Notes: a model not told the origin generated them from the sequence alone. 63,282 nucleotides of DNA, filler included, from Octopus bimaculoides (GCF_001194135.2; 3 parts of 3 records of this genome joined end to end with filler, not necessarily neighbours in it); one strand, 5' to 3'. Counted from the whole stretch's first letter, positions 27,331-39,665 are shown. Program-made: numbers and translations.

Positions 27331-29396
27331 NNNNNNNNNNNNNNNNNNNNNNNNNNNNNNNNNNNNNNNNNNNNNNNNNNNNNNNNNNNNNNNNNNNNNN
27401 NNNNNNNNNNNNNNNNNNNNNNNNNNNNNNNNNNNNNNNNNNNNNNNNNNNNNNNNNNNNNNNNNNNNNNNNNNNNNNNNNNNNNNNNNNNNNNNNNNNN
27501 NNNNNNNNNNNNNNNNNNNNNNNNNNNNNNNNNNNNNNNNNNNNNNNNNNNNNNNNNNNNNNNNNNNNNNNNNNNNNNNNNNNNNNNNNNNNNNNNNNNN
27601 NNNNNNNNNNNNNNNNNNNNNNNNNNNNNNNNNNNNNNNNNNNNNNNNNNNNNNNNNNNNNNNNNNNNNNNNNNNNNNNNNNNNNNNNNNNNNNNNNNNN
27701 NNNNNNNNNNNNNNNNNNNNNNNNNNNNNNNNNNNNNNNNNNNNNNNNNNNNNNNNNNNNNNNNNNNNNNNNNNNNNNNNNNNNNNNNNNNNNNNNNNNN
27801 NNNNNNNNNNNNNNNNNNNNNNNNNNNNNNNNNNNNNNNNNNNNNNNNNNNNNNNNNNNNNNNNNNNNNNNNNNNNNNNNNNNNNNNNNNNNNNNNNNNN
27901 NNNNNNNNNNNNNNNNNNNNNNNNNNNNNNNNNNNNNNNNNNNNNNNNNNNNNNNNNNNNNNNNNNNNNNNNNNNNNNNNNNNNNNNNNNNNNNNNNNNN
28001 NNNNNNNNNNNNNNNNNNNNNNNNNNNNNNNNNNNNNNNNNNNNNNNNNNNNNNNNNNNNNNNNNNNNNNNNNNAGATCCTAGCTTTCGTTTTTCAGTTC
28101 AGCATTTCTCATCTTGAACATCTTTTGCGCTATTTCTTCTTTCAGCTCTCTCAATATGTAAATTTATGCCTGTCTATTCTGCTTCTGCATGCATTCTTGA
28201 CTTCATCTTCATCGTCGCCGCAGTCGTCGTCGCATCGTCGTCGTCGTCATCGTCAGTCTGTACCTGTCTCTCTTTCTAATCCAACATTTTGGACAAGAAC
28301 ATTACCCTAACGTCCCCTCCCTCTATCTATGTTATTGCTTGGTCCTTTTTTACCGCCCCCCCCCCCTTTATGTCCTTGTCTCACCAATTTCTGTTTCTTA
28401 GTAATACTGTGTAAATTAAATTATTCTGTAACATGAAATATGCTAAAACGTAATATCAAAGTTGTTAAACTTTAGTTATTTTCTAAGAACAGCTAATTTA
28501 CTGGCTTGCATGCCCTGTGAAAATTATAAGAAACCAAATGATATTGAATCTGGGCATATTTTGGATTTAACTTTACATCATGTAAATTTATTGACGGGAA
28601 AACGTTACAGTATTGCTTTAAAATTCAATCTGATAAAATAAAGAGAAACATGGTTACTAGACCTACTTACAAATTGCAGCCAAGTCTCTCTTGAATTGTC
28701 TTTGAAATAGGAGGGCATATGTATTCATTAAATGCATTGTGTACAAAATAAAGACGAGTGCTTTACAGTTGGCATTGGTCTGGAGGTAAACTAGAGGACC
28801 ATATATGTTATTTGCAAACAACCTCTCACCGTAATATTTTCAAGAAACGAAATCCCTATCAAACATGATCCAATTAGTTGCATATATTGCTTTATGTATT
28901 CTTCCGTTATATATGTCTTCCCTCTTTACTAAATGTTGCTTTGCTTAGTCTGGTAGAGTGGCTTTGCACAAGACTAACTTGCTATTTATGACAATACGTG
29001 TGTCTCACCTCCAAACTCTACAACTATCGAGGATGCGTTAACATTCCTCTCAAAGCTACTAGAAAAAAAAAATTGTTAGTATGAAACTCAAGTATATTGG
29101 AAATTTTTCGATGGATCGACTCAATAAAGATATTTTAATATTTTCGCATATAACGTGACGTAAGAAATTAAACTGCAGCTACCAAATAAATGGAAATGCT
29201 CTTCTTCGTTTTTATGATTTTTTTGTTTATTTCAATGAATATTTTAAAAGTTATTTTAAACAGTGAAATTAACTTTTCTGCAACTACATTGAAATATATG
29301 AATAGGAACGCTTGACTTTGCGACAAATTAGTGACGAGTGTTATATAGTTGTAAGCTTTGTTACTTAGATGAAATTTCACCTGCATTCCTAGAGTT

Positions 29397-29431
<35 letters not shown>

Positions 29432-29525
29432 AACATATATATATACATACATTCCTAGAGTTTTATATATATAATGTATATNNNNNNNNNNNNNNNNNNN
29501 NNNNNNNNNNNNNNNNNNNNNNNNN

Positions 29526-29537
29526 TTAATTAATTAA
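29526..29537. other. Synthetic gap spacer TTAATTAATTAA inside an N run (second instance at 42251-42262)
   Basis: The same palindromic 12-mer, with a stop codon in all six frames, sits in the middle of two ~99-base gaps, each with 44 N on the left. Confidence 0.85.
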
Positions 29538-30407
29538 NNNNNNNNNNNNNNNNNNNNNNNNNNNNNNNNNNNNNNNNNNNNAATATATATATAAATATAT
29601 ATATAAATATATATATATATATAATACGTATATATATATATATATATATAAATATATATATATATAAATATAAATATATATATATATAAATATAAATATA
29701 TATATATATAAATGTGTATAATTATAGTTGTATATTTATGTAGCCACGCACGCACACCCACACACACACAGACACACACGCCCACACACACACAGACACG
29801 CACACCCACACACACACAGACACACGCGCCCACACACATGCATGAATAGAGAAACGTGTGTGCAGAGTTTCTATGAAGCCACAAAGGACTAATAAGAATA
29901 GAAAAATAACAATAAAAATAGCAACAACAACAGCGTAGCTATGGTAACGACTATAATGGAAACAATAAGAGCAAAGTGAAATTGAAATAGAAGATAAGGT
30001 GTGACGACGACGACGATGATGATGGTGATGGTGATTTAAACAGTTAATTACAAAGATGGAAAATGTAAGATGGCGGACTGTTAGATTAGGACAACAGTAA
30101 GAACAACCCGAAGCGACTGACAATGTAAGCAACAAGAACAAGAATAGTATTTAACAATAACAGCATTAAGAAAAGCAGCACGAACAACATCAACAACAAA
30201 AACATCGACAATAACAACAACAACAATAGCAGTGTTACTATTGTCGGTAACAACTGCATCTCAACAACAACAACAACCGTGACAGCAGCGACGACAGGAA
30301 CAATTACAGGAACAATGAGTGTAGCATCATCATCATCATCATCAACTTTGCAACAGAATTTGATTTGTATCTCGGGTTTTGCCATCTCAATACTTTGTCC
30401 TTATTGT

Positions 30408-30620
30408 GGGGCGGCGAGCTGGCAGAAGCGTTAGGACGCCGGGCGAAATGCTTAGCGGTATTTCGTCTGTCTTTGTTCTGAGTTCAAATTCCGCTGAGGT
30501 CGACTTTGCCTTTCATCCTTTCGGGATCGATAAATTAAGTACCAGTTGCGTACTGGGATTGATCTAATCGACTCGCCTCCTCCCCCAAAACTTTCGGGCC
30601 TTGTGCCTATAGTAGAAAAG
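30408..30620 (+). mobile_element. Full-length tRNA-derived SINE, family A (GGCGGCGAGCTGGCAGAA head), with 19-bp TSD
   Basis: A-box-like tggcagaagcg, B-box-like gagttcaaattcc, core gtcgactttgcctttcatcctttcggg.tcgataaattaagtaccag. Perfect TSD aatactttgtccttattgt at 30389-30407 and 30621-30639. Confidence 0.9.
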
Positions 30621-30837
30621 AATACTTTGTCCTTATTGTCTCTATATCAGTGATGAGACGACGAGGTGTTTGTCCGTTTGTAGAGAAATGCCGGAGTCTA
30701 CCTTGATAGCTTCAGTTAGCGTGCGAGTAGTGAGCGAACGTCAAACGACGGGGACCGTCACATTTAAAACATCTCGTCTGCTGCTCTAACAATTCTACCA
30801 ATCCACTATTCTGAGCTGCTAATTTATGGCACAGATG

Positions 30838-30930
30838 AAACTTGCAGCGGGATTCGAACTCAAATCAAAGAGTCTTAAAACAAAAGATTGGGAAACATTC
30901 CAGCTGACGTTTTAACCACTGCGCCACTTC
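30838..30930 (-). mobile_element. tRNA-like SINE head remnant
   Basis: Minus strand: agtggcgcagtggttaaaacgtcagc (A box) ... gagttcgaatcccgctgc (B box). The spacing is too long and no cloverleaf forms, so it is not a tRNA gene. Confidence 0.5.
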
Positions 30931-31213
30931 AATATAATATTTATAAAGTCTTTCATTTTATAACATCATTGTACTGTTGAGGCAGGGATACCTTTGGAGG
31001 TATACACGATTGGAAGGGGCTACACGGACGGCTATGTGTAGGGCCCTCAAAAAAATGGGTTTGTAGCTAGATCCCTTCGCATGATCGTAAGCTTCTTCAT
31101 AGGACTAGAGATTTACCTCTACAAATAAATGAAATACTCTTCAGTTTTAGAGTGCTGCCAGTTTTGAAAACTTGTCCATATGGTGCATCGTCTGGCTCTG
31201 AATTGGTAGCTCT

Positions 31214-31437
31214 TTCACTGAACCTGTGTTTCAGTAAGCTGGTGGTTTTGTGAACCACGGAGGCAGTGCTTCAGTAAGCCAACGTTCCGGTGAGCCGGTG
31301 TTTCATTGAACCAGTATCTCACTGAACTGGTGCTTTGTTGTTCCAGCGTTTCACTAAACTAATAGTTCAGTGAGCCCTGCGGTAGTGTTTCTATTTTTCT
31401 CGTGTTTCGATAAGCCGGTCTTTCAGTGAACTCGTAG
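31214..31437. repeat. Degenerate 16-bp tandem array, consensus TTCAGTGAACCGGTGT
   Basis: Twelve 16-bp units in register (e.g. ttcactgaacctgtgt, ttcagtaagctggtgg, tccggtgagccggtgt, ttcattgaaccagtat, ttcagtgaactcgtag), interrupted by spacers of 8 and 24 bp. Confidence 0.8.
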
Positions 31438-31989
31438 TTTTATAAACTATGAGTGATCCTACTTTCCCGTTCAAAATCGGAACGTTCTTTTACCATTTTC
31501 TTTTCAATATTTCCACATTTAGATATAAAACCATTAATCCCCTCTCCCAAATTTTACGGATCATGTTTTCAATAAAAACCTTCACGACGTATTCTTTTAT
31601 TATTATTAATGTTTCATTGAAATATATTTCTATCACTTTATACTTAAGTCTTGTTTTTATAATTTTACACCAAAGAGCAATTAGGAATGATATATTCAAA
31701 TGGTTGCATTGAGTTGTAGTTAATTAGATGAAAATCTTTCGCCAAATTAACCACATCATTAGAGATGAAATAATATTCAATATTTACATATTCTGTGAGT
31801 TGCAACTGGATATCAAACTGACCGAAACATAGTCGAGATGTAAATATTGGAAATCTGTGTATTTCTAAAGATTTGATTAATTGTCTGAAAAATTGCAATC
31901 TAATAAAACTCGGCAACTGTATTGCAATCTATGTTGGACTTCTAAATATATGCTACGGACCTACCTATCTACCAACCTAACTATCTATC

Positions 31990-32069
<80 letters not shown>

Positions 32070-32302
32070 TGTGTGTAAGTATGTTTGTATGTGTGTATGC
32101 ATGTATATACAGATATAAAATGTATGCATATATATGTGTGTGTATATATATACATATGTACACATATATGTATATATGTATGTATGCATGTACGTATATG
32201 GAGGCGCATGGCTCAGTGGTTAGACCGTCGATCTTATAAGTCTATATAGTCATCATCATCTTCATCATCCTCATTATCACCATCTTTCTATTCTCTTTGC
32301 AG

Positions 32303-32677
32303 CAACCATCGTAGCTGTGAACTCTTTCACTCTGCTCGCCCTCTCACTGGAGCGCTATTTCGCGATTTGTCACCCACTCCGATCACGACGCTGGCAGACC
32401 TTATCCCATGCTTACAAGATCATCCTGGGCGGATGGTTGTCGGCGTTATTTTTCACACTTCCGGTGGCCATTTTCCAACAGTTGCGAACCATGCGAAACG
32501 GCAATAAACTTTGCATCGAGATTTGGCCAGACAAAACTTTGGGAAAAGTTTATCAAATATTCTTGGATATTATACTCTTCTTGTTACCGTTAATGATGAT
32601 GATGGTTGCCTACAGTCTGATAGCCAAGACACTCTCTGTCAATTTTGACAAAGACTTGGCACTACCAACACAGCAAG
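32303..32677 (+). CDS. CCKAR: Internal coding exon of a cholecystokinin receptor type A-like / sulfakinin-type neuropeptide GPCR (TM3, ERY motif, ICL2, TM4, ECL2, TM5, start of ICL3)
   Basis: Polypyrimidine acceptor ctttctattctctttgcAG ends at 32302 and donor caag|GTATGT starts at 32678. The exon is 375 bp, phase 1 at both ends, with no stops. Translation: TIVAVNSFTLLALSLERYFAICHPLRSRRWQTLSHAYKIILGGWLSALFFTLPVAIFQQLRTMRNGNKLCIEIWPDKTLGKVYQIFLDIILFLLPLMMMMVAYSLIAKTLSVNFDKDLALPTQQ. The ERYFAICHPLRSRRWQTLSHAYK stretch is characteristic of protostome CCK/sulfakinin receptors, and the ECL2 cysteine (CxExW) is present. The symbol denotes family likeness, not one-to-one orthology to vertebrate CCKAR versus CCKBR. 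Confidence 0.93.
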
Positions 32678-35105
32678 GTATGTCTATTTGTCATTTTAAC
32701 CTCAACCTCTAACATCATGTGTTGAGAGATATTCTCTCCTCCGTCGTCATCTTTGTCATTATTTCATCCTTTTATTTCTATTTTTCTAAACTTTTTTAGC
32801 ATCGTGCCACAGATGATTGATCAAATTATCCAGAAACTATTCCATGCACGACCATTAAGTTTTTCTGCTCTAACAACGTCTATCTAATATTTTGTAATCC
32901 AACAGAGTGTATGATATCATACATTCTCAGAGAATAAAGCGTGATTTAAGAATGGTGTAAAATAAACGGTATTACATATCTGAAAAAAAGAGTTCCGTGC
33001 ATTCTGCCGTTTGATCGACTATACCACTCTGCACAACGAAATAGACAAATTCAATACCGTATCCCTTCTGTAAGATACAGCAAACCCATTGAACATAACA
33101 TTGCACATAAACAACGGAAAAGAAATGAAAGAATTAATTCTGAAGTGAAACTTATGATGGTGACCAAAAGGGCGATTCAAAGAAATATAGTTTCAAATAA
33201 ATAATTACTCCAAATATAAAAAAAACCATATAAGGATTTTTCAATCAATTTTTGGCTTCTCTGCTACAAAATGCATAATAAATGTCCGTGCGTGTTCCGT
33301 TGATCGGATCAACAAGAAAGCTCATCGTCGTAACCGACGGAGGACTAGTTACGTCGCCATGAATCGGTAATGAATCCTACTCTTCAGGAAGGTGTGGGCT
33401 GAGGTCGAGCTAATACAAGTATGTACCTGATTAGTTTAATCCTTTCTACCGCAACATTTATGCTCTTGATTTAATAGGGATACTCTACCTGGTGGTTGAA
33501 CTAGCTAGAAATAGCAACCAAATCTCCACTGTATCAGATGCTGTTATTCTTGAAATTTTGAGAATGTTATGAGTGGTATGCCTTACATTGATCATTGGTC
33601 TCCTCCATCAGAGTTACCCTGGGGTTAAACAACACTAATAACTTCGCGTTACACTGCTTCGAGAACTTTCAAGAACTTCAGAACGCCCCAAAGTGTGATC
33701 ATCACAGCAGTAATCCCTTTTAATTAATCCATCAGTTTACTCCTTCACCGTGGACTTGGGGCTATACAACAATAACAACAACAGCAACAGTGGCATTTAT
33801 GGTCCAATCATCATTAATTATGCTGCAAGTAAAAAATTCTAAACGAATTAAAATTTCTATTTTGATGGTAGAAACAAAACCAGAATCTACCGGAAATTAT
33901 TAACGACACGTCCGGGGATTCTTTTCGATCCTTTGAAATGGAGATTTCAATTAAGAAATTCTTAAGTACAACATTCACTACATCATCCTATAACTGAAAA
34001 ATCAAAATTTACGTCATTGGCATATTTGTATTATCTCCCTTAGGTAAATTTTTTTTAAATAAAATAATGATTTAAAGCCTTAATCACATATTTATTCGAT
34101 ACTCGTCACTTTGCGGACAGCAAGATGATAAAATTATAATCCAAACGGTTTGTCCATTTAAACACGGCTACCCTTAATATAAAACATATTCAGCTAAAAA
34201 AAGAAAGAATTAAAAACTTATTAAAATTTTGCCTCTATTTTCGTTTTCAGAAAAATAAATGTTATATTACGTATTTTTTTTCAAACTAGGTATATGATTG
34301 AAATTTAGGCTGACTTTCTTAGAGAAGGATTAATAAATAATATTTTAATACTGTTTAACTAAAAATGCTTATTTTAAAAATATTGAAAACATTATTTCAA
34401 GTACAACAAACTTTCTGTATGTATACATATGTATACATATATTCATATATATAATTTTAAACACGACTCTTCTTAATAGTGACTTCGAAGTTTCGGCCAG
34501 CTCACCGATGATTATTACCAATGAGGATCACCGATGAAGAATCAGATGGCCGAAACTTTGAATTCACTGTCAATACTATTCTTGTAAAAGAATAATTAAT
34601 TTGTAAGCTACCAAATGCATTGAGTAATCCATCAATTTAATTTGTAAATGCCCTTATTGTAACATAAACAGGAACTTTAGTATATTTGTACATTTAAACA
34701 CTCACGCACTCACATACACACACGTATATTTGCATATGTATGTATGCATGTGTGTGTGTGTGTGTGTGTGTACAAAATCTTTTTCCTCCAATGAACATGA
34801 AACGAAAACTTCTTATGGCAGCATCAGTTTGTTACATTCTCACTAATTTCTTAGTCATAATTAGCACAAGTGAAACCGGTCGTCGATGTAAATATTTTAT
34901 TACACAGACACACACACACAAACAAACAAACACAGACACACACACATATAAATAATTCATATAAAATGTATATGCCCATAGTGGGCATATACATTTTATA
35001 TGAATTTAATAATGAATTCCCTGAAACAATGTGTGGTCTATATAAAGTTGATGCGTTGCTTCTAAAAACCCGTCAAATAGAAAATTAGAATTGTATAAGA
35101 ATATA

Positions 35106-35136
<31 letters not shown>

Positions 35137-35799
35137 GCATACATTGTCCAAATAAATTTTCTGTGCATTTTCCTTGTGCTTATATTTTTCACTACAATTC
35201 ACCACATAGAAAAATATTCTTATCGAACCGCATATATGCTTCGATTTCTCTTCTTCGACTTCTCCATTAACAACATTCCTAATCAAACTTCTGTTTCTAT
35301 GCTTATAATGTGACTTTCTGCCTGTTATACAGGATGATAGCTGGACGTATTTTTCTAGCAGGCCGACCAACTACATAAAAGCTCATACCCTTGTGAATAT
35401 ATGCGTGTGTGTATTAATAATAAGTTTATGATAGACAACGAACATCAAAGGGAATATCTTTATAATAATTTTGTTCACTAAATTAATGTAACATTTCAGT
35501 GAAATCTCTCAGACAAAATTTCTTCATGCATAAACAAAGTGGTTAATGATAACTTTGTGTGAATTATTTATATTTAAGATAAGGAATCATTTCATGATTT
35601 GTATTTTTTTTTATTTAAATTTCACGAGTGATGTATATCGATAAATATTTGGGTGAAAAATAAGAGACACTTGTGTCATTCGATTAATTCTCTCTCTCTA
35701 CATAATTGGTCCTTTACGCTGCCGACCCCACCATAAATTATAACTACGTCGAACTTCGTGGAAATGGAACTCATAATGTCAAAGTCTCTTTTATCATTT

Positions 35800-36210
35800 T
35801 ATCCTTTATTTGTTTTAGTCATTTGACTGCGGCCATGCTGGGGCACCGCCTTGAAGAATTATTACTCGAATAAATCGACTCCAGTACTTATATATTTTAA
35901 GCCTCATATTTATTCTCTTGAGGTCTTTTGCCAAACCGTTAAGTTACGAGAACGTTTGACAAGCAGTAGTAATGACACACACACAAACAAAGCACAACAC
36001 ACTCACACACATGCACACACTCACTCTCTCTCTCTCATACACACATATACGACTGGATTCTTTCAGTTTCCGTCTAGAAAATTCATTCACGACGCTTTAG
36101 TCGGCTGGAGGCCATAATAGAATGAACTTATCCAAGTTACCAGGCAGTGGAACTGAACCAGAAACTATGAGTTTCGGAGTCAACTTACCACACATCCACG
36201 CCTGCGCCTA
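35800..36210 (-). mobile_element. Family B SINE
   Basis: Head taggcgcaggcgtggatgtgtggtaag, ggttcagttccactgcc, and 3' ggcggtgccccagcatggccgcagtcaaatgactaaaac (all read on the minus strand). Confidence 0.8.
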
Positions 36211-36975
36211 TAAGCAACTTGACAGTAAATAATTCTTGCAGTTCTACCAAAGTTCCATTCTCTCAGAGCTTGAATATTCAGCAAGCACCACAACCAATCA
36301 AACAATAATTCTCTTTATATCATTATACTTGATTGTTTCTCTTCTCTTATTGTCACAATTATCACGTGATTAAATTTCTTTCTCAGCCATGTTTCCTTTT
36401 GTTCCCCATTCGTTTCTTTGGGGAGAGGGGGTAAAAATTTGGCGGTAAGTGGTGTCGGAAATAGTTTTGTTTTGTTTGCTTCAGAAAAATATTAGTAATT
36501 ACAATTACTTCGTATTAAATTATCTCAAATTTACCGGTTTTAATAATTACTTTTTCGACGAGTGTTCTTGTCAATGAATGCCTGACGACGCTAGTCAAGG
36601 CTTTCAATAACAATTTGTATTTGTTGTTGCTGTTGTTGTGGTGGTTAGTAGTGGTAATGGTGATGTTATTAGTAGTCGTCGTAGTGATAGTAGTGTAATG
36701 ACTGTTGTTGGTTTAAGTGGTAGGTGGAGGTGGAGGTGGTGTCGTCAGTGTTGGTAGTGCAACCGGTGCTGTTGATCTTGTTGCTATGAGTGGTGGGAGC
36801 GGCAGTGATGATGGTGGTGGTTTGGGTGAGGATAATTGTGGAAGTGGTTGTGGTGGTGCTAGTGCTAGTGGAGTTCTTGGTTATTATTCTTGTCGTTGTT
36901 GTTGCTACCGTCACTGTTGTTCGATCCGGCCTCAGGTCGAATAGGACTATGGTGGGTTAGGGCCCACTTCACGAC

Positions 36976-36998
36976 GGAGATTTGGCTGCTATTTCTAG
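36976..36998. repeat. Recurrent interspersed motif GAGATTTGGCTGCTATTTCTAG
   Basis: Related copies at 4266-4295 (+), 14648-14674 (+) and 33505-33527 (-). Probably a conserved segment of one TE family. Confidence 0.6.
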
Positions 36999-37195
36999 AA
37001 GATAGAGGAAGTACGCTGAGGCTTCATCATGAGGCTGTTGCAGGTCGATGGGTTTTATATTTTGTACTATTATTATGATTGTTGTTGTTGTTGTAGACAG
37101 TGATGTTAGAAGAGTTTCTTTTGTGCAGGGTGTTGTTTTTGTCTTTGTTGTTGGTATTGGTGGTGTTATTGATGCAGTTGTTGTTGCATTAAACT

Positions 37196-37860
37196 GGCGA
37201 GGTGGCAGAACCATTAGCACGCCGGGTAAAATTGGTCTGCCGTCATGTTTTGAGTTCAAATTCCGCCGAGGTAGACTTCACCTTTCATCATTCCAGGGTC
37301 AACATAAATATCATCTTTCCGGAGTTAATAGAGTAAGTACCAGATGAGTATCGGGGTGGATTTTTCCCTTCTCCCTCCCTCAAAATTGCTGGCCTTCTAC
37401 GAACATGTGAAACCGATATTCTCTTCTACTCTGGGTACAAGGCCCCAAATTTTGGGGGAAGGGGGCTAGTCGACTAGATCGATCTCAGTACACAACTTAA
37501 TTTATCGACCCCAAAAGGATGAAAAGCAAAGTCGACCTCCACGGAATTTGAACTCAGAACATAAGGACGGACGAAATACGGCTAAGCATTTCGCCCGGCG
37601 TGCTAACGTTTCTGCCAGCTCGCCGCCTTACAATGAGAAATCGATATTAATGTTGTTGCGAAGACAGCGAGCCGGTAAAATCGTTAGCACACCGAACAAA
37701 ATGCTTCGCGGCATTTCGTCCAACCTTAGGTTCTGAATCCCAAAAAATCTGGAGTCGACTTTACCTGCCATTTTTTCGGAATAACTACTGAGATCTAGGG
37801 TCAATTTAGTCAACATACTCCTCCAAACCCAGAAAATTTGTGCCAAGATTTGAAACCGAT
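37196..37860. mobile_element. Cluster of three family A SINEs in alternating orientation: + (37196-37418), - (37419-37627), + (37663-37860)
   Basis: Each copy has the tRNA-like head and core. The first two abut tail-to-tail and the last two are head-to-head, about 35 bp apart. Confidence 0.85.
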
Positions 37861-38904
37861 AATTTTGTTGTTGCAGGTTGCGGTGTTGTCGATGTTGTAG
37901 CTTGTGTTAACGTTGGTGTTTGTCTTTGTTAGTGATATCGATGAGGTTATTAAAGATGTTGATCTGGCTGTCATCAACTTTGCTGCTTTTCTCGTTGCTG
38001 CAGTTTTCGTCATTGCTGTTGTTGTTGTTGTTGAAATATTCCTTTCTGCTCATCCATTTCTTTAAAGATATATTGTCTTCTCTCAAAAGAAGCGATTTAC
38101 TCTGTTTCTATTTATATTTGTCGATAACTTTTTTTATGACAAATAGTTTCCGAATAAAATATCCAGAATCGATAATCAACATGTTTTGTAATTGATTATA
38201 AATATCGTTATTCTTGCTGCTGCTGCTGCTTTTCTTGTTCTGCTTGTTGATGATGATGATGACAGTGTCATCATCCTCACCACCACCAACGACGATGACG
38301 ATGACGATGATGAACATGATTTCTTTTATATGCCACCAAGTTGGCGGATGGGGTGGACAATAAAATAGATAGACGTAAAATATAGGAATTTAGATAAAAT
38401 TGTATGATAAAAAAGGAAATGGTAAATTATTCATGATATAGAGTATAAACAAAAGAAAGGAATTAGACAGAGCACAAGTTCAGAAGTAAATGTAAATAAA
38501 AGCGGGTGGTAGTGTTGTGATCCACCTGACACAGGAGAACCTCTAGGAATAAATCGAGGAACCCCACCATTCAAGATCTTCAAATCGAAGGGCAAGCCCC
38601 TATTCCAATCCCTGTTCTCCGACTGACAGGTTCTCACTTAGAGCAGTGTCATTCTGTCTTGCCATTTTGCCACATCCACCCACCATTCTATAAACTCACC
38701 AGAAGACAGTAAGTCCCTCTCTATCCTCATTTTCCTTTTCAAGGAAAACTTGAAAAACTCGATGAGGGTTCTACCACAGAGGAGCATTTCGGTCATTATA
38801 GCTGCCGACCTCGTCCACCAGACGACTTATTTCGTCATACGTACCAAACAAATGAAAAACTTCCTTACCTGCCCGATTAAAGGAGTGCTCGTCAGCGGAT
38901 ACGT

Positions 38905-39030
38905 ATTTTATCACTTCAGAAAAAGTAGCTGGCAAAGTCGACCTCAACAGAATTTGAATTCAGAACATAAGGATGAGCGAAATGCTGCTAACCCTTTTGC
39001 CCGGTCTGCTAACGGTGCTACCAGCTTGCT
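38905..39030 (-). mobile_element. Family A SINE fragment
   Basis: ggcaaagtcgacctcaacagaatttgaattcagaacataagg...tgcccggtctgctaacggtgctaccagcttgc is the reverse complement of the head and B box. Confidence 0.65.
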
Positions 39031-39307
39031 ACTTTAATGCAACAACAAAAACGAAGAAAAGCAAATAACGAAAGTGAATCCTCAAACAACGATCTACAAC
39101 AACAATAACATCAACGACCACAACAACAACAATCATCATCATAATAATAGAGAATATAAAACCCCAAAACCATCAAGAGCACCATCACGGTAGAAGTGTA
39201 TTCTATGAATTGTACAGGTAGCTTATTAGCAATTAAAACCTAAACGCAAGTTTATAAACGTCAGTTTATACGTGTGTAAGTGTCTTTCTCTGTGTGCATG
39301 TGTGTGT

Positions 39308-39665
39308 TTTTTATTGTTTATTTGTTTCAGTAATTTGACTGCGATCATGCTGGGGCACCGCCTTTAGTCGAACAAATCGACCCCAGGACTTATTCTTTGT
39401 AAGCCTAGTACTTATTCTATCGTTTCTTTTGCCGAACCGTTAAGTTACTGGGACATAAACACACCAGCATCGGTTGTTAGGCAATGGTGGAAGGGACAAG
39501 CACATACACATGTATATATGTACGACGGGCTTCTTTCAGTTTACGTCTACCGAATCCACTCACGAGGGTTTAGTAGAAAACACTTTTCCAAGGTGCCACT
39601 CAGTGGGACTGAACCCGGGACCATGTGGTTGGTAAGCAAGCTACTCACCACACAGCCACGCCGTA
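39308..39665 (-). mobile_element. tRNA-derived SINE, family B (CORE-like gcaccttgg(g)caag segment)
   Basis: The reverse complement has A-box-like tggctgtgtggt, B-box-like gggttcagtccc, then tggcaccttggaaaagtg, and a 3' end ggcggtgccccagcatgatcgcagtcaaattactgaaacaaataa. Confidence 0.82.

Noticed and set aside
31214-31437. 16-bp array considered as CRISPR-like
   Set aside because: Units are contiguous and degenerate with no unique spacers, the context is eukaryotic, and no cas genes are present.
32678-32712. C-terminal extension MSICHFNLNL* of the supplied ORF 32317-32712, and its GTG start
   Set aside because: This is read-through past a strong GTATGT donor. The true exon is bounded by splice sites at 32303 and 32677. 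A truncated 5-TM isoform has no support beyond nearby AATAAA hexamers, which are common in AT-rich DNA.
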